Source of the DNA: Raillietiella orientalis
Taxonomy: Eukaryota
Length of the DNA: 56,460 bases
Assembly (NCBI GenBank): GCA_036172245.1
Contig: JAYWIR010000105.1
Span: 124,001 to 180,460 of the forward strand
Reading direction: 5' to 3'
Shown here: positions 12,001-24,200 of the stretch, in pieces
Layout: each line of letters begins with the position of its first letter
Position numbering within the stretch: position 1 is the first letter of the stretch
Program-made: the position numbers and the translations under genes
The notes under the pieces: generated by a model
What the model was told of the DNA's origin: nothing
Database searches by the model: none
Seen by the model: the letters and a program-made list of their open reading frames with translations, nothing else

Positions 12001-15000
12001 GAAAAGCTGCAAAGTTGGACCACAAAATGAATGAGAGCGAAGGAGAATATTCCCCTTTTAAGTCCGCCACTGGTTACCATGAAAACAAGACAGAGTAAAA
12101 GTGCCACGCCCTAATGAAATTTCGAACTCTTCTTAATCATCCTATGAAAGCAGAAATTGGACGGGCTTTCGGCTCTCCATGAAAGGGATACCCCACTCAC
12201 TGGAAATGGATGCTTCTTCAAGAGACGCAAAAGTGCAATGGTGAAATCTTCTGTTTTCTAATTGTTTACAAATCCCGAAAAGCTGCAAAGTTGGACTACA
12301 TAATGAATGAGAGCGAAGGAGAATATTCCCCTTGTAAGTCCGACACTGGTTACAATGAAAACAACACAGAGTCCAAAGTGCCACGCCATAATGAAATTTC
12401 GATCTCTTCTTAATCATCTTCTGAAAGCAGAGATTGGAAGGGCTTCGGCTCTCCATGAAAGGGATTTGCCACTCACTGCAAAAGGAAACTTCGTGAAGAG
12501 GCGCAAAAGTGCAATGGTGAAATCTTTTGTTTTCTAATTTCTTACATATCCGCAAAAGCTGCAAAGTTGGAGCACGTAATCAGTGAGAGCGAAGGTGAAT
12601 ATTCCCCTTGTAAGTCCGACACTGGTTACCATGAAAACAAGACAGAGTAAAGGTGCCACGCCCTAATGAAATTTGGAACTCTTCTTAATCATCCTCTGAA
12701 AGCAGAAATTGGAAGGGCTTTCGGCACTCCATGAAAGGGATTTTCCACTCACTGCAAAAGGATGCTTCGTGAAGAGGTGCAAAAGTGCAATGGTGAAATC
12801 CTCAGTTTTCTAATTGAATACAAATCCCCAAAAGCTGCAAAGTTGGACCACATAATGAATGGGAGCGAAGGAGAATATTCCCCTTGTAAGTCCGACACTG
12901 GTTACTATGAAAACAAGACAGACTCCAAAGTGCCACGCCCTAATGAAATTTCCAACTCTTGTTAATCATCCTCTGAAAGCAGAAATTGGAAGGGCATTCG
13001 GCTCTCCATGGAAGGGATTCGCCACTCACTGCAAAAGGATGCTTCGTGAAGAGGTGCAAAAGTGCAATGGTGAAATCTTCTGTTTTCTAACTGATTACAT
13101 ATCCCCAAAAGCTGCAAAGTTGGACCACATAATAAATGAGAGCGAAGGAGAACATTAACCTTTTGAGTCCCCTACTGGTTACCATGAAAACAAGACAGAG
13201 TAAAAGTGCCACGCCCTAATGAAATTTGGAACTCTTCTTAATCATCCTCTGAAAGCAAGAAATTGGAAGGGCTTTCGGCTATCCATGAAAAAGATTTGCC
13301 ACTCACTGCAAAAGGATGCTTCGTGCTGAGGCGCAAAAGGGCAATGGTGAAATCTTCTGTTTTCTAACTGATTACAAATCCCCAAAAGCTGCAAAGTTGG
13401 ACCGCATAATAAATGAGAGCGAAGGAGAATATTCCCCTTTTAAGTCCCCTACTGGTTACCATAAAAACAAGACAGAGTCCAAAGTGCCACGCCCTAATGA
13501 AATTTCGAACTCTTCTTAATCATCCTCTGAAAGCAGAAATTGGAATGGCTTTCGGCTCTCCATAAAGGGGATTTGCCACTCACTGCAAAAGAATGCTTCG
13601 TGCTGAGGCGCAAAAGGGCAACGGTGAATTCTTCTGTATTCTAACTGATTACAAATCCCCAAAAGCTGCAAAGTTGGACCGCATAATAAAGGAGAGAGAA
13701 GGAGAATATTCCCCTTGTAAGTCCGCCACTGGTTACCATGAAAACAAAACAGAGTAAAAGTGCCACGCCCAAATGAAATTTCGAACTTTTCTTATTCATC
13801 CTCTGAAAGCCGAAATTGGAGTGGCTTTCGGCTCTCCATAAAGGGGATTTGCCACTCACTGCAAAAGGATGCTTCGTGCTGAGGCGCAAAAGGGCAATGG
13901 TGAAATCTTCTGTTTTCTTACTGATTACAAATCCCCAAAAGCTGCAAAGTTGGACCGCATAATGAATGAGAGCGAAGGAGAATATTCCCTTTGTAAGTCC
14001 GACACTGGTTACCATGAAAACAAGACAGAGTGCAAAGTGCCACGCCCAAATGAAATTTCGAACTCTTGTTAATCATCCTCTGAAAGCAGAAATTGGAAGG
14101 GCTTTCGGCTCTCCATGAAAGGGATTCGCCACTCACTGCAAAAGGATGCTTCGTGAAGAGGTGCAAAAGTGCAATGGTGAAATCTTTTGTTTTCTAATTT
14201 CTTACATATCCGCAAAAGCTGCAAAGTTGGAGCACGTAATCAATGAGAGCGAATGTGAATATTCCCCTTGTAAGTCCGCTACTGGTTACCATGAAAACAA
14301 GACAGAGTCCAAAGTGCCACGCCCTAATGAAATTTCGAACTCTTCTTAATCATCCTCTGAAAGCAGAAATTGGAAGAGCTTTCGGCTCTCCATGAAAGGG
14401 ATTCGCCACTCACTGCAAAAGGATGCTTCGTGAAGAGGTGCAAAAGTGCAATGGTGAAATCTTTTGTTTTCTAATTTCTTACATATCCGCAAAAGCTGCA
14501 AAGTTGGAGCACGTAATCAATGAGAGTGAAGGTGAATATTCCCCTTGTGAGTCCGACACTGGTTACCATGAAAACAAGACAGAGTCCAAGGTGCCACGCC
14601 CTAATGAAATTTCGAACTCTTCTTAATCATCCTCTGAAAGCAGAAATTGCAAGGGCTTTCGGCTCTCCATGAAAGTGATTTGCCACTCACTGCAAAAGGA
14701 TGCTTCGTGAAGAGGCGCAAAAGTGCAATGGCGAAATCTTCAGTTTTCTAATTTCTTACATATCCGCAAAACCTGCAAAGTTGGACCACATAATGAATGA
14801 GAGCGAAGGAGAATATTCCCTTTGTAAGTCCGACACTGCTTACCATGAAAACAAGACAGAGTCCAAACTGCCAAACTCAAATGATATTTCGAACTCTTCT
14901 TAATCATCCTCTCAAAGCAGAAAATTGGAAGGGCTTTCGGCTCTCCATGAAAGGGATTTCCCACTCACTGGAAATGGATGCTTCTTCAAGAGACGCAAAA

Positions 15001-18000
15001 GTGCAATGGTGAAATCTTCTGTTTTCTAATTGTTTACAAATCCCGAAAAGCTGCAAAGTTGGACCACAAAATGAATGAGAGCGAAGGAGAATATTCCCCT
15101 TTTAAGTCCGCCACTGGTTACCATGAAAACAAGACAGAGTAAAAGTGCCACGCCCTAATGAAATTTCGAACTCTTCTTAATCATCCTCTGAAAGCAGAAA
15201 TTGGACGGGCTTTCGGCTCTCCATGAAAGGGATACCCCACTCACTGGAAATGGATGCTTCTTCAAGAGACGCAAAAGTGCAATGGTGAAATCTTCTGTTT
15301 TCTAATTGTTTACAAATCCCGAAAAGCTGCAAAGTTGGACTACATAATGAATGAGAGCGAAGGAGAATATTCCCCTTTTAAGTCCGCCACTGGTTACCAT
15401 GAAAACAAGACAGAGTAAAAGTGCCACGCCCTAATGAAATTTCGATCTCTTCTTAATCATCCTCTGAAAGCAGAGATTGGAAGGGCTTCGGCTCTCCATG
15501 AAAGCGATTTGCCACTCACTGCAAAAGGAAACTTCGTGAAGAGGCGCAAAAGTGCAATGGTGAAATCTTTTGTTTTCTAATTTCTTTCATATCCGCAAAA
15601 GCTGCAAAGTTGGAGCACGTAATCAGTGAGAGCGAAGGTGAATATTCCCCTTGTAAGTCCGACACTGGTTACCATGAAAACAAGACAGAGTCCAATTTGC
15701 CACGCCTTAATGAAATTTCGAACTTTTCTTAATCATCCTCTGAAAGCAGAAATTGGAATGGCTTTCGGCTCTCCATAAAAGGGATTTGCCACTCACTGCA
15801 AAAGGATGCTTCGTGCTGAGGCGCAAAAGGGCAATGGTGAAATCTTCTGTTTTCTAATTGTTTACAAATCCCGAAAAGCTGCAAAGTTGGACGGTATAAT
15901 GAATGAGAGCGAAGGAGAATATTCCCTTTGTAAGTCCGACACTGGTTACCATGAAAACAAGACAGAGTGCAAAGTGCCACGCCCGAATGAAATTTCGAAC
16001 TCTTGTTAATCATCCTCTGAAAGCAGAAATTGGAAGGGCTTTCGGCTCTCCATGAAAGGGATTCGCCACTCACTGCAAAAGGATGCTTCGTGAAGAGGTG
16101 CAAAAGTGCAATGGTGAAATCTTTTGTTTTCTAATTTCTTACATATCCGCAAAAGCTGCAAAGTTGGAGCACGTAATCAATGAGAGCGAATGTGAATATT
16201 CCCCTTGTAAGTCCGCTACTGGTTACCATGAAAACAAGACAGAGTCCAAAGTGCCACGCCCTAATGAAATTTCGAACTCTTCTTAATCATCCTCTGAAAG
16301 CAGAAATTGGAAGAGCTTTCGGGTCTCCATGAAAGGGATTCGCCACTCACTGCAAAAGGATGCTTCGTGAAGAGGTGAAAAAGTGCAATGGTGAAATCTT
16401 TTGTTTTCTAATTTCTTACATATCCGCAAAAGCTGCAAAGTTGGAGCACGTAATCAATGAGAGTGAAGGTGAATATTCCCCTTGTGAGTCCGACACTGGT
16501 TACCATGAAAACAAGACAGAGTCCAAGGTACCACGTCCTAATGAAATTTCGAACTCTTGTTAATCATCCTCTGAAAGCCGAAATTGTTAGGGCTTTCGGC
16601 TCTCCATAATAGGGATTTGCCACTCACCGCAAAAGGATGCTTCGTGGAGAGGTGCAAAAGTGCAATGGTGAAATCCTCAGTTTTCTAATTGAATACAAAT
16701 CCCCAAAAGCTGCAAAGTTGGACCACATAATGAATGGGAGCGAAGGAGAATATTCCCCTTGTAAGTCCGACACTGGTTACTATGAAAACAAGACAGAGTG
16801 CAAAGTGCCACGCCCTAATGAAATTTGGAACTCTTGTTAATCATCCTCTGAAAGCAGAAATTGGAATGGCTTTCGGCTCTCCATAAAGGGGATTTGCCAC
16901 TCACTGCAAAAGGATGCTTCGTGCTGAGGCGCAAAAGGGCAATGGTGAAATCTTCTGTTTTATAACTGATTACAAATCCCCAAAAGCTGCAAAGTTGGAC
17001 CGCATAATGAATGAGAGCGAAGGAGAATATTCCCCTTGTAAGTCCTACACTGGTTACCATGAAAACAAGACAGAATGCAAAGTGCCACGCCCTAATGAAA
17101 TTTCGAACTCTTGTTAATCATCCTCTGAAAGCAGAAATTGGAAGGGCTTTCGGCTATCCATGAAAAAGATTTGCCACTCACTGCAAAAGGATGCTTCTTG
17201 AAGAGGCTCAAAAGTGCAATGGTGAAATCTTCTGTTTTCTAATTTCTTACAGATCCGCAAAAGCTGCAAAGTTGGACAACATAATGAATGAGAGCGAAGG
17301 AGAATATTCCCCTTGTAAGTCCGACACTGGTTACAATGAAAACAACACAGAGTCCAAAGTGCCACGCCCTAATGAAACTTCGAACTTTTCTTAATCATCC
17401 TCTGAAAGCAGAGATTGGAAGCGCTTAAGGCTCTCCATGAAAGGGATTTGCCACTCACTGCAAAAGGATGCTTCGTGAAGAGGTGCAAAAGTGCAATGGT
17501 GAAATCCTCAGTTTTCTAATTGAATACAAATCCCCAAAAGCTGCAAAGTTGGACCACATAATGAATGGGAGCGAAGGAGAATATTCCCCTTGTAAGTCCG
17601 ACACTGGTTACTATGAAAACAAGACAGAGTCCAAAGTGCCACGCCCTAATGAAATTTCGAACTCTTGTTAATCATCCTCTGAAAGCAGAAATTGGAATGG
17701 CTTTCGGCTCTCCATAAAGGGGATTTGCCACTCACTGCAAAAGGATGCTTCGTGCTGAGGCGCAAAAGGGCAATGGTGAAATCTTCTGTTTTCTAACTGA
17801 TTACAAATCCCCAAAAGCTGCAACGTTGGACCGCATAATAAATGAGAGCGAAGGAGAATATTCCCCTTGTAAGTCCGCCACTGGTTACCATGAAAACAAG
17901 ACAGAGTAAAAGTGCCACGCCCTAATGAAATTTCGATCTCTTCTTAATCATCCTCTGAAAGCAGAGATTGGAAGGGCTTCGGCTCTCCATGAAAGGGATT

Positions 18001-21000
18001 TGCCACTCACTGCAAAAGGAATCTTCGTGAAGAGGCGCAAAAGTGCAATGGTGAAATCTTTTGTTTTCTAATTTCTTACAGATCCGCAAAACCTGCAAAG
18101 TTGGACCACATAATGAATGAGAGCGAAGGAGAATATTCCCTTTGTAAGTCCGACACTGGTTACCATGAAAACAAGACAGAGTCCAAAGTGCCACGCCCTA
18201 ATGAAATTTCGAACTCTTCTTAATCATCCTCTGAAAGCAGAAATTGGAATGGCTTTCGGCTCTCCATGAAGGGTATTTGCCACTCACTGCAAAAGGATGC
18301 TTCGTGAAGAGGTGCAAAAGTGCAATGGTGAAATCCTCAGTTTTCTAATTGAATACAAATCCCCAAAAGCTGCAAAGTTGGACCACATAATGAATGGGAG
18401 CGAAGGAGAATATTCCCCTTGTAAGTCCGACACTGGTTACTATGAAAACAAGACAGAGTCCAAAGTACCACGCCCTAATGAAATTTCGAACTCTTGTTAA
18501 TCATCCTCTGAAAGCAGAAATAGGAATGGCTTTCGGCTCTCCATAAAGGGGATTTGCCACTCACTGCAAAAGGATGCTTCGTGAAGAGGTGCAAAAGTGC
18601 AATGGTGAAATCCTCAGTTTTCTAATTGAATACAAATCCCCAAAAGCTGCAAAGTTGGACCACATAATGAATGGGAGCGAAGGAGAATATTCCCCTTGTA
18701 AGTCCGACACTGGTTACCATGAAAACAAGACAGAGTCCAAAGTGCCACGCCCTAATGAAATTTCGAACTCTTCTTAATCATCCTCTGAAAGCAGAAATTG
18801 GAAGGGCTTTCGGCACTCCATGAAAGGGATATGCCACTCACTGCAAATGGATGCTTCTTGAAGAGGCGCAAAAGTGCAATGGTGAAATCTTCTGTTTTCT
18901 AATTGTTTACAAATCCCGAAAAGCTGCAAAGTTGGACCCCATAATGAATGGGAGCGAAGGAGAATATTCCCCTGGTAAGTCCGCCACTGGTTACCATGAA
19001 AACAAGACAGAGTCCAAAGTGCCACGCCCTAATGAAATTTCGATCTCTTCTTAATCATCCTCTGAAAGCAGAGATTGGAAGGGCTTCGGCTCTCCATGAA
19101 AGCGATTTGCCACTCACTGCAAAAGGAAACTTCGTGAAGAGGCGCAAAAGTGCAATGGTGAAATCTTCTGTTTTCTAATTGTTTACAATTCCCGAAAAGC
19201 TGCAAAGTTGGACCCCATAATGAATGGGAGCGAAGGAGAATATTCCCCTGGTAAGTCCGCCACTGGTTACCATGAAAACAAGACAGAGTCCAAAGTGCCA
19301 CGCCCTAATGAAATTTCGATCTCTTCTTAATCATCCTCTGAAAGCAGAGATTGGAAGGGCTTCGGCTCTCCATGAAAGCGATTTGCCACTCACTGCAAAA
19401 GGAAACTTCGTGAAGAGGCGCAAAAGTGCAATGGTGAAATCTTTTGTTTTCTAATTTCTTTCATATCCGCAAAAGCTGCAAAGTTGGAGCACGTAATCAG
19501 TGAGAGCGAAGGTGAATATTCCCCTTGTAGGTCCGACACTGGTTACCATGAAAACAAGACAGAGTCAAATTTGCCACGCCCTAATGAAATTTCGAACTTT
19601 TCTTAATCATCCTCTGATAGCCGAAATTGTTAGGGCTTTCGGCTCTCCATAAAAGGGATTTGCCACTCACCGCAAAAGGATGCTTCGTGGAGAGGTGCAA
19701 AAGTGCAATGGTGAAATCCTCAGTTTTCTAATTGAATACAAATCCCCAAAAGCTGCAAAGTTGGACCACATAATGAATGGGAGCGAAGGAGAATATTCCC
19801 CTTGTAAGTCCGACACTGGTTACTATGAAAACAAGACAGAGTGCAAAGTGCCACGCCCTAATGAAATTTGGAACTCTTGTTAATCATCCTCTGAAAGCAG
19901 AAATTGGAATGGCTTTCGGCTCTCCATAAAGGGGATTTGCCACTCACTGCAAAAGGATGCTTCGTGCTGAGGCGCAAAAGTGCAATGGTGAAATCTTCTG
20001 TTTTCTAACTGATTACAAATCCCCAAAAGCTGCAAAGTTGGACCGCATAATGAATGAGAGCGAAGGAGAATATTCCCCTTGTAAGTCCGACACTGGTTAC
20101 CATGAAAACAAGACAGAGTGCAAAGTGCCACGCCCTAATGAAATTTCGAACTCTTGTTAATCATCCTCTGAAAGCAGAAATTGGAATGGCTTTCGGCTCT
20201 CCATAAAAGGGATTTGCCACTCACTGCAAAAGGATGCTTCGTGAAGAGGAGCAAAAGTGCAATGGTGAAATCTTCTGTTTTCTAACTGATTACATATCTC
20301 CAAAAGCCGCAAAGTTGGACCGCATAATAAATAAGAGCCAAGGAGAACATTAACCTATTGAGTCCCCTACTGGTTACCATGAAAACCAGACAGAGTAAAA
20401 GTGCCACGGCCTAATGAAATTTGGAACTCTTCTTAATCATCCTCTGAAAGCAGAAATTGGAAGGGCTTTCGGCTATCCATGAAAAAGATTTGCCACTCAC
20501 TGCTAAAGGATGCTTCTTGAAGAGGCTCAAAAGTGCAATGGTGAAATCTTCTGTTTTCTAATTTCTTACAGATCCGCAAAAGCTGCAAAGTTGGACAACA
20601 TAATGAATGAGAGCGAAGGAGAATATTCCCCTTGTAAGTCCGACACTGGTTACAATGAAAACAACACAGAGTCCAAAGTGCCACGCCCTAATGAAACTTC
20701 GAACTTTTCTTAATCATCCTCTGAAAGCAGAGATTGGAAGCGCTTAAGGCTCTCCATGAAAGGGATTTGCCACTCACTGCAAAAGGATGCTTCGTGAAGA
20801 GGTGCAAAAGTGCAATGGTGAAATCCTCAGTTTTCTAATTGAATACAAATCCCCAAAAGCTGCAAAGTTGGACCACATAATGAATGGGAGCGAAGGAGAA
20901 TATTCCCCTTGTAAGTCCGACACTGGTTACTATGAAAACAAGACAGAGTCCAAAGTGCCACGCCCTAATGAAATTTCGAACTCTTGTTAATCATCCTCTG

Positions 21001-21240
21001 AAAGCAGAAATTGGAATGGCTTTCGGCTCTCCATAAAGGGGATTTGCCACTCACTGCAAAAGGATGCTTCGTGCTGAGGCGCAAAAGGGCAATGGTGAAA
21101 TGTTCTGTTTTCTAACTGATTACAAATCCCCAAAAGCTGCAACGTTGGACCGCATAATAAATGAGAGCGAAGGAGAATATTCCCCTTGTAAGTCCGCCAC
21201 TGGTTACCATGAAAACAAGACAGAGTAAAAGTGCCACGCC
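1..21240. repeat. Left satellite domain: monomer subfamilies with GAAATGGATGCTTCTT, GCGCTTAAGG, AGGAAACTTC and ACAATGAAAACAACAC variants; irregular multi-monomer block duplications, no fixed HOR
   Basis: MLLQ/MLLE-type monomers are frequent up to 20510 and essentially absent afterwards. The GCGCTTAAGG allele is at ~1098, 1928, 5798, 17421 and 20740. Repeated blocks lie at variable offsets (2490, 4701, 3044, 3319, 831 bp). Confidence 0.75.
144..161. other. 18-bp imperfect palindrome AAGGAGAAT|ATTCCCCTT, present in most monomers (first copy given)
   Basis: 8 of 9 symmetric pairs are complementary around the GAATATTC centre. It is altered in the GAACATTAACC and TGTGAATATT alleles. Confidence 0.8.
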
Positions 21241-24200
21241 CTAATGAAATTTCGAACTCTTCTTAATCATCCTCTGAAAGCAGAAATTGGAAGGGCTTCG
21301 GCTCTCCATGAAAAAGATTTGCCACTCACTGCAAAAGGATGCTTCGTGCTGAGGCGCAAGAGGGCAATGGTGAAATCTTTTGTTTTCTAATTTCTTACAT
21401 ATCCGCAAAAGCTGCAAAGTTGGACCACGTAGTCAATGAGAGCGAAGGTGAATATTCCCCTTGTAAGTCCGACACTGGTTACCATGAAAACAAGACAGAG
21501 TCCAAAGTGCCACGCCCTAATGAAATTTCGATCTCTTCTTAATCATCCTCTGAAAGCAGAGATTGGAAGGGCTTCGGCTCTCCATGAAAAAGATTTGCCA
21601 CTCACTGCAAAAGGATGCTTCGTGCTGAGGCGCAAAAGGGCAATGGTGAAATCTTTTGTTTTCTAATTTCTTACATATCCGCAAAAGCTGCAAAGTTGGA
21701 GCACGTAATCAATGAGAGCGAATGTGAATATTCCCCTTGTAAGTCCGCTACTGGTTACCATGAAAACAAGACAGAGTCCAAAGTGCCACGCCCTAATGAA
21801 ATTTCGAACTTTCTTAATCATCCTCTGAAAGCCGAAATTGTTAGGGCTTTCGGCTCTCCATAAAAGGGATTTGCCACTCACTGCAAAAGGATGCTTCGTG
21901 AAAAGGTGCAAAAGTGCAATGGTGAAATCTTTCGTTTTCTAATTTCTTACATATCCGCAAAAGCTGCAAAGTTGGAGCACGTAATCAATGAGAGCGAATG
22001 TGAATATTCCCCTTGTAAGTCCGCTACTGGTTACCATGAAAACAAGACAGAGTCCAAAGTGCCACGCCCTAATGAAATTTCGAACTTTTCTTAATCATCC
22101 TCTGAAAGCCGAAATTGTTAGGGCTTTGGGCTCTCCATAAAAGGGATTTGCCACTCACTGCAAAAGGATGCTTCGTGAAGAGGTGCAAATGTGCAATGGT
22201 GAAATCCTCAGTTTTTTAATTGAATACATATCCCCAAAAGCTGCAAAGTTGGACCACATAATGAATGGGAGCGAAGGAGAATATTCCCCTTGTAAGTCCC
22301 CTACTGGTTACCATGAAAACAAGACAGAGTCCAAAGGTCCACGCCCTAATGAAATTTCGAACTTTTCTTAATCATCCTCTGAAAGCCGAAATTGTTAGGG
22401 CTTTCGGCTCTCCATAAAAGGGATTTGCCACTCACTGCAAAAGGATGCTTCGTGAAGAGGTGCAAAAGTGCAATGGTGAAATCCTCAGTTTTTTAATTGA
22501 ATACATATCCCCAAAAGCTGCAAAGTTGGACCACATAATGAATGGGAGCGAAGGAGATTATGCCCTTTGTAAGTCCGACACTGGTTACCATGAAAACAAG
22601 ACAGAGTGCAAAGTGCCACGCCCAAATGAAATTTCGAACTCTTGTTAATCATCCTCTGAAAGCAGAAATTGGAAGGGCTTTCGGCTCTCCATGAAAGGGA
22701 TTCGCCACTCACTGCAAAAGGATGCTTCGTGAAGAGGTGCAAAAGTGCAATGGTGAAATCTTTTGTTTTCTAATTTCTTACATATCCGCAAAAGCTGCAA
22801 AGTTGGAGCACGTAATCAATGAGAGCGAATGTGAATATTCCCCTTGTAAGTAAGCTACTGGTTACCATGAAAACAAGACAGAGTCCAAAGTGCCACGCCC
22901 TAATGAAATTTCGAACTGTTCTTAATCATCCTCTGAAAGCCGAAATTGTTAGGGCTTTCGGCTCTCCATAAAAGGGATTTGCCACTCACTGCAAAAGGAT
23001 GCTTCGTGAAGAGGTGCAAAAGTGCAATGGTGAAATCCTCAGTTTTTTAATTGAATACAAATCCCCAAAAGCTGCAAAGTTGGACCACATAATGAATGGG
23101 AGCGAAGGAGAATATTCCTCTTGTTAGTCCGACACTGGTTACTATGAAAACAAGACAGAGTGCAAAGTGCCACGCCCTAATGAAATTTTGAACTCTTGTT
23201 AATCATCCTCTGAAAGCAGAAATTGGAATGGCTTTCGGCTCTCCATAAAGGGGATTTGCCACTCACTGCAAAAGGATGCTTCGTGCTGAGGCGCAAAAGG
23301 GCAATGGTGAAATCTTCTGTTTTCTAACTGATTACAAATCCCCAAAAGCTGCAAAGTTGGACCGCATAATGAATGAGAGCGAAGGAGAATATTCCCCTTG
23401 TAAGTCCGACACTGGTTACCATGAAAACAAGACAGAAAGCAAAGTGCCACGCCCTAATGAAATTTCGAACTCTTGTTAATCATCCTCTGAAAGCAGAAAT
23501 TGGAAGGGCATTCGGCTCTCCATGGAAGGGATTCGCCACTCACTGCAAAAGGATGCTTCGTGAAGAGGTGCAAAAGTGCAATGGTGAAATCTTCTGTATT
23601 CTAACTGATTACATATCAGTCCAAAAGCTGCGTTGGACCACAATTGAATGAGAGCGAAGGAGAACATTAACCTTTTGAGTCCCCTACTGGTTACCATGAA
23701 AACAAGACAGAGTCCAAAGTGCCACGCCCTAATGAAATTTCGAACTCTTGTTATTCATCCTCTGAAAGCAGAAATTGGAATGGCTTTCGGCTCTCCATAA
23801 AGGGGATTTGCCACTCACTGCAAAAGGATGCTTCGTGCTGATGCGCAAAAGGGCAATGGTGAAATCTTCTGTTTTCTAATTGTTTACAAATCCCGAAAAG
23901 CTGCAAAGTTGGACCACATAATGAATGGGAGCGAAGGAGAATATTCCCCTTGTAAGTCCGACACTGGTTACTATGAAAACAAGACAGAAAGCAAAGTGCC
24001 ACGCCCTAATGAAATTTCGAACTCTTGTTAATCATCCTCTGAAAGCAGAAATTGGAAGGGCATTCGGCTCTCCATGGAAGGGATTCGCCACTCACTGCAA
24101 AAGGATGCTTCGTGAAGAGGTGCAAAAGTGCAATGGTGAAATCTTCTGTTTTCTAACTGATTACATATCCCCAAAAGCTGCAAAGTTGGACCACATAATA

